Shown here piece after piece: positions 12,015 to 23,836 of a DNA stretch of 64,000 nt. Location of the stretch: contig OZ287750.1 in assembly GCA_965649765.1 (NCBI GenBank), positions 49,662,001-49,726,000 on the forward strand, written 5' to 3'. Made by a program: the position numbers and the translations under genes. This stretch comes from Bispira polyomma (lineage: Eukaryota). Each line of letters starts with the position of its first letter. Positions within the stretch are counted from its first letter, which is position 1. The notes below the pieces were generated by a model. It saw only the letters and a program-made list of their open reading frames with translations. It did not search any database and was not told the origin of the DNA.

Positions 12015-14856
12015 GAATTTGAATTTATTTGGGTTTTACATCGATTTCAACAGCTTTAATCATATCACGATGGCCAGGTTTAGTAGTCGTTGAAACCAGT
12101 GTGGAAGGCAAATATGGCAAGTACTTGACCAAATTTTTTACATGAAACAGTATTATCAGAAGCTTTTTAGAAACGAAAACAATGTTGCAGAAAATGTTAA
12201 TCTTAACGAAATATTTAAAGACAATACAATAGGTAAAATTAATGATAAAAATTTAGGGAACCAAATAACTTTAGAAGAGTTGAGCCTTGTTTTAAAAAAA
12301 ATGAAACATAATAAATCCCCCGGAGTGGATATCATGACTGCTGACTTTTCGAAAATTTTCTTTGGAAGGATAAAATATTTTTTACTTAATGCAATAAATG
12401 CATGTTTCAAAAAACGAATTTTAACTTCAACTCAATGTGCGATTGTATGCTTACCTAAAGGCAATAAAGATAGGAGACAAATCAAGAACTGGAGGTCAAT
12501 ATCATTAATTTGTGTTGTATACAAATTAGTATCAGGAGTTATAGCTAATAGATTAAAACATACTTTAGACACCATCATATCAAAAACTCAAACTGGCTTT
12601 CTCACAGGTAGGCAAATAAGTGACAGTACAAGGTTGATATATGACATTATGTAATACACCGAAAACGACAATATCCCTGGACTGCTCATGTTAATAGACT
12701 TCGAAAAGGCCTTTGATTCGGTTTCTTGGAATTTTATACATAATGCTTTGAATTTTTTTGGATATAGTGAAAAATTTATACAGTGGATTAAACTTTTCAA
12801 TAATGATATCGGAGCTTATGTTCTCCAATGTGGCAAATTATCTAATAGAATATCGATCAGCAGAGGCTGTAGACAAGGAGATCCCATTTTAGCATACCTC
12901 TTTTTAATAGTCGCCGAAGTTATGTCTCTCGTGATTAAATCAAATAAGAAAATTGTTGGTATAAAAATAAACAACCATAAATTTAAACTAACACAGTTCG
13001 CAGATGATACCAATCTTATCTTAGAAGTTTCAATAACATTGAATTGGAAAAACACTGATTTTGATATGTTGGGTATAATGTTTTCAGTAAATTAAATAAT
13101 ATTTCTGAGGTGAATTATTCAATAGCTTATGATAAAATGAGAAAAGAAATTAATAAATGGGAAAATAGAAAGTTATCGATCATGGGCAGAGTCACTTTAA
13201 TTAAAACAACCTTGCTTTCAAAAATCATTCACCTTTTAGCATTATTACCAATATCAGAAAATTTTTTGACAAAGATGAACCAGGTGCTCTACAAATTTTT
13301 GTGGAACAGTAAACCGGATAAAATCAAAAGAGATACTGTTTGTCTTGACTACCTTAAAGGTGGACTTTAAATGATAAATATATTTAACTTTGAGAAAGCA
13401 TTGAAGGTAAATTGGATTAAAAGAGCTTTATATCAGTATGATGCTCAGTTGAGCATCCTACTTTTTGAAAAACACAGATACCTTAAATATTTATTTAAAC
13501 TTGGAAGTGAATGGTGCAAAACCATACTCAAATCATTGAAAATATATTTTGGCATAAAGTTTTAATATATTGGTGTGAGCTATGTAAAATTCAAACTGCA
13601 AATTCAAAATCAGAATTACTACAATCTTGTATCTGGTATAATTCACATATCTCAGTAACACCTTTCTATTTTCCCACTTGGTCAAAAAAGGGTATTTTAT
13701 TTGTTGGAGATATTGTTAATCCAGATGGTGAAATCATATCATGTGACAGGATAAAACATAAATATAGTGTAAATATAAATATATTACACTATTACCAAAT
13801 AAGATCTTTATTAAAGACTTGTTTATCTAAATTTGAGAAAGAATTTGAAAATGTATTTATAAGACCAAAGGATGTAAAGGATTTTATCATATTTTTCGAA
13901 ATGCTAAAAAGCCAGCCTTTATGCCACTGAGTGAATTAAAATGGGGAAACCTGTTACCTCAAAATAACACAGATCTTTTTTGGAAGAATATTTATAAAGC
14001 ATGTTTTAAGTCTGTGCTAGATAATTCTGTCATAAGTATACAATATAAAATATTGTTTAATATTTTACCCACAAGAGACTATCTTTTCAAAGTAAAAATT
14101 AATAATAATAGTTTTTGTGCGTTTTGTGAACAATATTCAGAAACTATATATCATGTATTTTGTGAATGCATTAAAGTTCAAGTTTTTTGGGACAATATAC
14201 ATCAATGGATATTAAACAAAATTGGAATAGAAGTAAAATTAACAAATACTATAAAAATTTTAGGATATTACATTTTGGGTGATAACTTTTGGCCTTTAAA
14301 TTTTATCTTAATGCTAGCAAGAAGATATATTTACTGGTGTTCTAAAAGAGGCTATGACTTAAATACATATTTTTTCAGAAACAATGCTACAAAATATATT
14401 TAGAACAAAGAGCTTTGTCACAAATCAATTCAATGGAACTTTGCTTTGAAAAAAGATGGATATTGTGGATTAACCAATTTAATGAACATGAAAACGAATA
14501 AATAATCTCCACCCTTCTAAAAAGTGAAAATTAATAATAAAAAATGGCCTTTAGTATATTTTACATTAAAAGTAATTCATTTATTGTATAACTATCTTGT
14601 GTTTGTTAAACATTTTACTATGTTGTATTAGAATTTTTTTTTGTTTTTGTGCTCTATGCCTTGTACTTTGCCAAACGCTTTACTGTATTTTTACTTTAAT
14701 AATATGTAACACTATGTGAACATTTTGTATATAATATAGTTAAATAAAAAAAATATAAAAAAAAAAATTTCACATGAGGAAAGACTGTGGGATTCAATCC
14801 CCAGAAGTGAGAGGCTAGTGATTTTAAACAAGATGCTTATAACCACTAGGCCATTG
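12015..14856 (-). mobile_element. tRNA-derived SINE split by the Tx1-like LINE (tail 12015-12145, head 14765-14856)
   Basis: On the minus strand the head reads tggcctagtggttata...cctctcac and the tail reads gctgttgaaatcgatgtaaaacccaaataaattcaaattc. Same SINE type as 54750-54958. Confidence 0.7.
12146..14767 (+). mobile_element. 5'-truncated Tx1/L1-clade LINE (RT plus C-terminal CCHC zinc finger), degenerate
   Basis: KSPGVD, NWRSISL, QTGF, IDFEKAFDSV, RGCRQGDP, QFADD, CAFC...ETIYHVFCEC; stops and frameshifts; AATAAA 14743 plus poly(A). Approximate TSD aaattttttacatga / aaatttcacatga. Confidence 0.92.
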
Positions 14857-15144
14857 CAGATGTTGTGCTTTTGGTGTAACTGCACCAACAACTATGGAAT
14901 CAATTTACAACATATCTACAGCTGTGTCAATTACTAATCTATTTTTAGAAGAAATTCTCAAATTGATTTTAAACTTGATACCTTTATTTCTGTGACTCTG
15001 TTTTCCATATATGTTTATGGGTCACCATGTTTTCTCCAATTTGCAAAGTGCAGTGATCACTAAATCCATTTAATGGAATTCGCGCTATAGAAACACCCAG
15101 ACAAATCTATAATTTAAAACCTAATACAATTCTAGTATGATAAT

Positions 15145-18100
15145 GTCTTTCATTATTTCTATTTTATCATATTTTTTTGAATTTAAGCAATCTTTAACTG
15201 AGCTTAAACAATTGGTCTTTTAAGTGTCAGATGGTAAAATCATATATATTCCACATACACCTGAACAAAAAATACACAAACAGAGATAATACAGAGATAG
15301 TTTAAACTATTTCTTTCATGGTAAAATGTACACTAAAGACCTGATGTAACGTGAGTAAATTTAGATGTTAGCAAAAAGATGATTACATACAAAAGCACGA
15401 GATAAGTGATTATAGCTTAACACAATTCGTGCTGCAAGATATTACAATGACATTTCTGGAAATTGTTAGCCGATATGCTAAGCTGTGATATGTCAACATT
15501 CTGGAAAGAATCTGCAATTCTATTCAATAAAATATGTCATTTGTGAGCTGAATTGCTGCTTGTTGAAATAATAATAATTAAAGCCTTTTTAGAGCGCCAA
15601 ATTGACGAGAGAACATCCTTTAAGGCACTGATATCTACAATGAGAAGGCCCAAAGGCAAACAAAAGGTCATCACCAAAAAGCATCCACCAGGAAGAAGAC
15701 TAAGAAGGGGGTAGGCTGGTCTAAAAAGGTAAGTTTTGAGATGACTTCTGAAACCAGTGATTGTATCCTGTGATCTGACAGTCTGTGGGAACTTGTTGCA
15801 TCCGATTTTTCTATTTGGTTGGGTTGAGGCGATTTTCCCGGGTAAGGCTACTAGGATTAATCCGTGAGAACAAGGAGGTTGGTTGGATATCCAGTAGCTC
15901 TATATCCAGTATATTAAAATACTTGGCTTGAAGTTATTTTTATGGAAATGTTAAATATAAATTTACAATAAATTCAAATTTATGAGCAACAGATATTTCT
16001 TACCATATAAAGAAGGACCCTATATCATTAGCATTATTTGTTATGTGGCTTACATTAGCAAAAGCTAAATATGGAAGAAACTATTGATTTGGTATGAGAT
16101 TAGATTTTTTATAATTAATTGTCACAACACATTCAAAGGCCATTGTGTGATAATACATTACAGATGCCATTTAGATGTCTTTCATCTCTGGAATTGTAGT
16201 TCTAAGCTAGAAGGAAACTCAGTAGAGTGCATACCCCTGCTATGAAACCACAGTGCCAAATTGAGAATTAACTCTACCATGTCAGTCCTTCTGAGGAGAT
16301 CTGCTCAAACTGTCGTCCTTGGCCTACCCCATCCCTCAGACAAATTTAATGTTAATCGGTTGAGCAGTTTTTGTGTAATCCTAATAAAAAAAATTGAAAA
16401 ACCAAATGAATACAGGCGAAAAGATAACCTCCTTGCAATTGGCAAAAAGTAATAAAATATTGTGTTTATTAATATGTGATGTTTTTAATAATAAGTATCA
16501 CAACACATGTAAAGGCAATGCATGCTAATACATAACAGATATTATTTGTATTAGATCACCTTTAACTGATGTGGTTGTGCAGTTCTAAATGAACACATTC
16601 TTTTCTCTAACTGGTAAATATTAAATTTGTTGTTGTATGGGGGTTTTTTATTGCACAGGTAGAAAAAAATCCAGGGGTTGTGTGTATTAAACAAATGCTG
16701 ACATTAAACCAGTGAGAAGTGAGACACTCTATTGTTTGATCTTAAGTTGCACAGAATAGAATGAGGAGGGTAACAGCAGGCTTTTAGATAGAACCACAAG
16801 GAAGTCAAAGGAGATTCAAACACACTGGCAGGCTACTGTAGGTCCAGGGTAATCAAATACCCCACGAAAACCATGGAACTCTCTCTCTAATCTGTGGAAG
16901 CAGATTTCTAATTTAGTGCTGGAAAATTACTCTCCTGTTGAAGAAAATTGGAATCAAGTTAGCAGTAATTTTCTGGGCTTTGAGCTTGTTCCCGAATGAA
17001 TATATGACAGCATGTGTCGAGAAACAAATTTTATATTCAAGAAAATATAGGGTTTTTTACCTGTTTTTAGATGTTTTCGTCTGTGTCCATTTGGTTTGTT
17101 ACAGGTTTGGTTTGTCACTAGGCTCACATAAAAGCTATTCATCCAATTTAAGAGCAGAAACTAGTTTTTTTACCTGTATGTTTTCGTCTTTGTCTATTGG
17201 TTTGTTAGTGGTTTGGTTTAGTTTGGTCTGTATATAAAAGCTATTGATTCAATTTACCTAAAATTTAGTAGATGTTTTGAGGGCAACAGGCAAAGGAAGA
17301 ATCCACTTACATTTAGATCTGCAGAAACAGAAATTTATTACTTTTGCTAGGTATGCACTGCACTGAGTGCCCTTGTAAATATTTTTGTATTGCTTTAAGA
17401 ACAACAAACTACCTTGATATTTAATGAGCCTATTATAAAAGTGGAGACTTAGCCAATGATTTCATGTGTCAGATATATATAGCAACCGACATCGGCCGAC
17501 AATAGCAGATTATTTTATCCCAATAATGTGTTAGATGAGATCAGACATAGACAGATTTATACGGTCAGGAAACGATAAAAATTGACACATCTGGTCAGTT
17601 TTTGTGCAATATTTACTTTTAAAACTTGATTCCAATGAACTGTGACACACATCGACTCAGCCAACGTCAGAATCGGTGACATTGGAGAGTACTCTAACAT
17701 ACTCATCTTTGTCTCATCATCTGTATTATACCTATATCACAGAACACAAGAGTTGTCTTTTAAAAAAGGCATCAGCGCATAGTGTGACTGACAATCTCTC
17801 AGTTTGCCTAAATTGTGTTCTAAAGAACATTGAAAATCTGACATCCCTCAGTTTTGCCAGGTAGAATGCTTTCAACCAATCAATAAAGGCCTTACGTATT
17901 TTCAACATGTTGGTGCCCTTTACAGAGTAAAAACTATACCAATCTGAGCCTAATAATAATAATAAAACCATCACCTGAAAGTTAATGTTTCAAATTCCAT
18001 ATAACCACAACCTGTCAATGCCTCAGAACCTTTTTTTGTTAAAGTGTATCAATAGAACTATTGAGTATTTGCAATGTGCTAAATACAAGTTACTATGAAA

Positions 18101-20548
18101 AATATTAAGGACCCCCCTCTCCACTCCCACCCCTCCCACCCCCTCCACCCCCACTATTTTACTGCTCCTCATTAGGAGTCAGAGCAATTTGACAGGTATT
18201 GATTGAAATATCCTGTATATGGCTGGGTGCATGGTTAGATGTAGGTGTGTCTTGTTGCTTGGAAAAAAGGGCAACCAGTTCTTGTTTGGAAGTATGAGCT
18301 TAACGAATGGATGGCCTATTTCCATGTCACTGTCTCCCTTTGAGAACAAAAATGGTTTCAGGCATATCTGACAGAATTTCAAAAAGTTACACAAAAACTT
18401 ACGAAAGCCTATACAGGGCATACATTAAAGAAAACAAAATTAACTTGTAATTACAAGATCAAAGATAGGTGTTTCTGGCAATTACAAGATCAGTGTATCT
18501 TTTCATTTCAAGCAACACTCATCTTGTAATTACAAAACACACTCATTTTGTAATTACAAGAAATATTTATCTTGTAATTACGAGAAACACCTATCTTGTA
18601 ATTACAAGATACATTAATTTTCTTAAATGTATGACCTCTATACGCTTCCTCAAAAATCACAAAAATGCAAAAGAAAATTTTTATTTCTCAGCAAACAAAA
18701 AACAGAGAATACCCTTAATACAATCTCATTGAGAAAACAAATTACCCAATTAAAAAAGAGAAGAAAGCAGTCACTTTTTATAGTTTTAGCTGCTTTTGTC
18801 CACTTTTGCATTAAACTCGACTGGGAGAAAAACCCTGTATTCGTGCCTTTTGTTTGGCCACACATGACTTACAATAGTTTATCACTGCATGGAAACAACA
18901 GCCAGCCATTTTTTATCAAAACCCCAAGGTTTTTTTTTTTGTGTTTTGAACACACATATAAATATAGCAAAGGTGTTTTTCTCTTGTAAATCACTGAAGT
19001 ACAAAAAAAGGCTCCCGCAAGCATCTTTTGTGTGTGAAGGGTGGTGTTCCAGCCTCCTCATACAAAATGCCTTCCATTGAATACATTGGGCAATAGTGAA
19101 CAAAAAACAACCCTACTAATTATTGTCCCTTGTGTGATCGTTTTAATTAATATTCCTCACTTTTAGTGAAACTTATTTCTCTAGATTTATTTTGTTATTT
19201 ACTAGCATTCAGCATAACCTTGTGTTTTGTTCTGTGTTGTTAGAGATGCTTGTGTTTCATTTACAACAGCTTCTTGTCATGTGGTTTTTGTTTTGGGTGT
19301 TGTTCCTTGCTTTTAGCAGCTATTGAAGGCTATTATTGCTATAGACGTTAACGCAAAGGCAGTTAAAGCAGGATATCTCACTAAATTTTCCCATTGCTTT
19401 GTAACTGACAATGCCTCTTGAAACTGTCTTCTATTTTATAGGGACCTTCTATTATCAAAACAAAATGTTGCAGTTCCAATAAATCGGATAATAGAGGGTC
19501 TATAGTCATTTATACAAATGCTGATACATATGCTAAAAGAAAACACAGTAAAACTACAGAGGGATTATAATATGTAGTTATTGCCATAGATACCTCTACA
19601 TTGACTATAACTTAAAAAATGTGCGAGACCTATTAAATAATTGTTTTTATGTCACAAACTGATGTTACAATTACTAGACTATGTCCTTTATAGGGTTTTT
19701 AGTTTATTATTCTGCATGATTATTTTCTATTTATAAATATAATTTTGGTTTTCAATTTAAACCGTATTTGGGCTTGAATATATGTTGCATTCAAGCAATT
19801 ATATATCAACATGTACATTATCCGTATATGTCTTGACCAGCATTAATATATCTTCTGAATTAATACATAATCTTGCTGAATCAAATGTAGTCTTTTCTAC
19901 TTTAATATACTTTTATTACCTCCATAAAATTGGTTGGTTGGCTTGTTCGTTTATCATGATTGTACAAAACCTAGTCAAACTAAAACTAAGTGGAGGGATG
20001 GGTTATAGGGTCAAGGAAGGAACCATTGTCTGCTGGCGCGGAACCAGCTATAATGACAGATCCATGATTTGTTTTTTATTATTTGACATGGTGGCATTTT
20101 AGTGAAGTGTATGTGCCTTAGTCAGTGCACGTAAAATTATATTTTTTGATATAAAGAATATATAAGACAAAGAGCCATGGAAATACCAATGAAGTATTCT
20201 GAAATCAATGCTGCCGTCTGCATATGGGATTAGCATGTATTGTCATGACATAGTTTCAACTTGATTACTATATCATAATGTACAAAGCCAAGTACAATGG
20301 TCCCAGACTTCAGCCTGTTACTGTCTGACCCAGATAATTTGCAATACTGATATTACTAACATGCTACAAAGCTGTTGACAAATTTTTTTTCCCAGAGGGC
20401 TTTACTGTAAAACACAAATATCTAGTAGATACTAGCAATTCTCATGTACTGTACAATTACTAAAAAGTAACGTTTTTGGGGGAGGAATATGTTTAGTATA
20501 GTTAGGACATGGAATTCTCTCTTGCAGATTGTTTGTTAAATAAGGGGG
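15145..20548. repeat. Copy C of segmental repeat (3'-truncated by an L2 fragment)
   Basis: 15150-15800 matches 21285-21920; 15983 onward matches position 1 onward. Confidence 0.85.
15567..15800 (-). mobile_element. L2 LINE 3' end (paralogous copy at 21690-21920)
   Basis: Minus-strand translation NKFPQTVRSQDTITGFRSHLKTYLFRPAYP, followed by a 3' UTR and (TTA)n tail. Confidence 0.75.
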
Positions 20549-21005
20549 CAACTCTTTTCTGTATGGTATAAATAAAGACAACATAACAAGGCTCCAAAGA
20601 GTCCAAAATGCCCTCTGCCGTATTGTGTACAAGCTTAACAATTTCAGCCATGTCTCACCCTACCTAAAGAAACTTCACTGGCTACCTGTCAAACAGCGCA
20701 TTCTTTTCAAATACAACCATCTTGTGTTTAAAGCTATCAAACTCAACCAACCAGTTTTTCTCAAATCTAGAAGACTTACCCGATGAAATTACTTCTCTTC
20801 TTAACCCGACTGAACAGAAAAATTGGTAGGCGCTGTTTTGCCGTTGTGACTCAAGTTGAATGGAACAAACTTCCACACACTGTCAGATCACAGGATAAAA
20901 TTACTGGTTTAAAAAGCTATCTAAAAACTTACCTTTTCAGGCTGGCCTAGCCCCCTCCTTAGTCACCCTTCCCTTGGTGAATGCGTTTCTGATAACGACC
21001 TCTGC
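20549..21005 (+). mobile_element. L2 LINE ORF2 C-terminal fragment
   Basis: NSFLYGINKDNITRLQRVQNALCRIV...HVSPYLKKLHWLPVKQRILFK...WNKLP...KTYLFRLA. Confidence 0.85.
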
Positions 21006-21009
21006 TTGC

Positions 21010-21200
21010 CCCTAGCGCTAAGTATATTTGTGTGTCATGAGCATACAGGTGGTGGGTGACGTAAAACTGAGAGATTATTTTACTGAGGGGAGTGGTGTAC
21101 ATAGTTAGAAGAAGTGGGCCTAATACAGAACATCATTTGGTAGAGAGAAAGCTTCTGAGAAATTATTGCCAATTTTGATTTTTTTGGCTCAAGTACTTCG
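21010..21200 (-). mobile_element. L2 RT fragment, inverted relative to the adjacent L2 piece
   Basis: Minus strand KIKIGNNFSEAFSL...[19 protein letters not shown]...[12 protein letters not shown] (decayed YADD). Confidence 0.75.
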
Positions 21201-23236
21201 GACGGAGGTAAAAGTGTTACGTATAGTGGGTGTGGTGAAATCTCGGACGATGATGACAGGCTGGACCTGAGTTTGATGATTTTCATATTTAATCATCTTT
21301 TATTGAATTTAAGCAATCTTGGACTAGCTAAAACAATGGGCCTTTTAAGTGTCAGATGGCGAAAATGATATATATTCTACATGAACCTGAGCAAAAAAAT
21401 ACACAAACAAAGATAATAGAGAGATAGTTTAAACTATTTCTTCCATGGTAAAATGTACACTAAAGACCTGATGTAAGGTGAGTAAATTTAGATATTAGCA
21501 AAAAGATGATTACATACTGTAACATGAGATAGGTGATTATAGCGGAACACGATTCGTGTAGCAAGATTATACAATGACATTCTAGAAATTGTTAGCCACT
21601 GTGCTAAGCTGTCAAATGTCAATGTTCTGGAAAGCATCTGCAATTCTATTCAATATAATCTTTTTTTAAGCTGAGTTGCTGCTTGTTAGAATAATAATAA
21701 TTGAAGCATTTATAGAGCACCAAATTGACGAGAGAACATCCTTTAAGGTGCTGATATCTGAAAAGAGAAGATCCAAAGGCAACAAAAGGTCATAACCAAA
21801 AAGCATCCACCAGGGAAGAGACTAATAAGGGGTAAGGCTGGTCGGAAAAGGTAAGTGTTGAGATGGCTTCTGAAACCAGTGATTGTATCCTGTCATCTGA
21901 CAGACTGTTGGAGATTGTTCAAGTACAATCCGAATACACTCTTAGACAGGTAGACAGAGAGCTTGTTTAGGTATGGTAATATGATATTATTAGGCATGTG
22001 GCTTTAAGTGTGTTTGCTTCTTGACTTCACAGATCTTTTGGGTCATGGCTATTGTAAGGTTACTGGGTCTGTATTTATTATAGGTCTTAAACTTAACCTC
22101 ATGGTTAAACCCGAATACCACAATATATATAGTCAGCGTTTAGATATCTGTATTCTATTATATTTTGAGATCATTTTGAGTTTTTAACACCTTTTATAAA
22201 TACGATATTTGTTTTCTGAAACCCTTATCAATTTATACTTTCATTATCGTAATACTTAGATTTTTAAGATGCCTAAATACATGTACATGTTTATGTACAT
22301 CAAAAATCCTTACTCCTGGTACTATTTTGCGGCTATAGAATACTTGAACAGATGCTTATTTCTTAAATTCTGGATGCCCTGTAGCTCTATATCCAGTATA
22401 TCAAGATACTTGGCTTGAAGTTATTTTTTGGTAATATTAAATTCAAATTTACGAGCAACAGATATTTCTTATCATATAAAGAAGGTCCCTATATCATCAG
22501 CACTATTCGTTATATGGCTTACATAAGCAAAAGCTAAATCTGGCAAAAAACTATTGATTTGGTATGACATTGGATTTTCATAATTAATTGTCACAACACA
22601 TTCAAAGAATAGAATGAGGGGGGTAACAGTAGGCCTTTAGATAGAACAACCACAAGGAAGTCAAAGGCGGTTCAAACACACTGACAGGCCACTGTAGGTC
22701 CAGGGTAATCAAATATCCAGTGGGACCCTTGAAACCCTCTCTCTAATCTGTGGAAGTAGATTTCTAATTTACTGCTGGAAAATTACTTTGCTTTTCAAGA
22801 AAATTGGGACCAAGTTAGCAGTAATTTTCTGGTCTTTGAACTTTTTCCTGAAGAAATATAGGACAGTATGTGTCGACAAACAAATTTTATATTCAAGAAA
22901 ATATAGGGTTTTTACCTGTTTTTACATGTTTTCGTCTTTGTTACAGGTTTGGTTTTTCACCAGGCTCACATAAAAGCTATTCATCCAATTTACCTAAGAT
23001 GTGGTAGAGAGGTTAGGGGTATAGGCCAAGGAGGAATCAACTAAAATATAGAGCATATCTGAATTAAAGAGCAGAAATTGAATTTTATTTATCAATTTTT
23101 CTAGGTATACACTGTACTTGGTGCCCTTGTAGATTTTTTAGTATTAATTTAAGAATAGCAGTGTGGTGTTGAACAAAATAATCCAAAATATAAAAATACC
23201 TTGATCTTCAATCAGCCTATTATAAAAACGGAGACT

Positions 23237-23836
23237 TTTTTTTAATATTTTTATTTTTTTTCTTCATTGTGTACAATATAATATACAATTTCATGTATAC
23301 ATATAATTTATGATTGAAGATTATCTGCGACCCCTATTTTGTGCAAATAACTTCAGCCCAATATTCTATATATCAATTTAAATTGAAACCATATTAGGTT
23401 ATTATTATTTTTTACTGTATTGAAGCATATTGCAAAAATGATTCTCTATGTTCCATCAATAATGTTTTGTTCAATGTCATTTGGCTATTTTATTTTCATG
23501 TTATGGTCATTTTTGACACCAGCAGTAAAAGTTTTATGAATTGCAATAGCACCTTTTTTAGCCTTTAATATACATTCAAGATACAATGGAATAAAAGGTC
23601 TTACCAAATTAAGTTTCTCTCCAACTTTGTTTGTTGTTACATATTTTTGAACATTTCGACTCACAGTTAAATAATTTTAAAAATCAATATGATTCAAAGA
23701 ATACTGCAATCTTATTTGATCTAATTCCATGACTTCATTTACATCAAGCACATCTGTAACATTATGTATCCTTTTTATATACCAGTCAGGTAAGAACAAC
23801 TATTCCTAGGATATGTTTTGTTATACCACAGGGAAC
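23237..23836 (-). mobile_element. Short 5'-truncated Tx1/L1-clade LINE fragment, private to copy D
   Basis: Minus strand SLWYNK...LFLPDWYIKRIHNVTDVLD resembles the 13.6-kb LINE region. T-rich (polyA) tail at 23236-23262. Empty site gagact|tagc at ~1421 and ~17450. Confidence 0.75.

Larger units (their letters stand above)
7911..15133. repeat. Copy B of segmental repeat (5'-truncated; internal sub-duplications at 8844/9022 and 10620-11870)
   Basis: Starts at actagtacat, equivalent to 24322 in copy D. Ends at the block equivalent to 29180-29482. Confidence 0.85.

Noticed and set aside
17732-17974. Secreted-peptide ORF (MMVLLLLLGSDWYSF...) shared among repeat copies
   Set aside because: Three of four copies have TGA at the Trp codon and others have frameshifts; the opposite strand reads as CCAAT plus caacatggc motifs. 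Not called a CDS; kept only as a weak lead.
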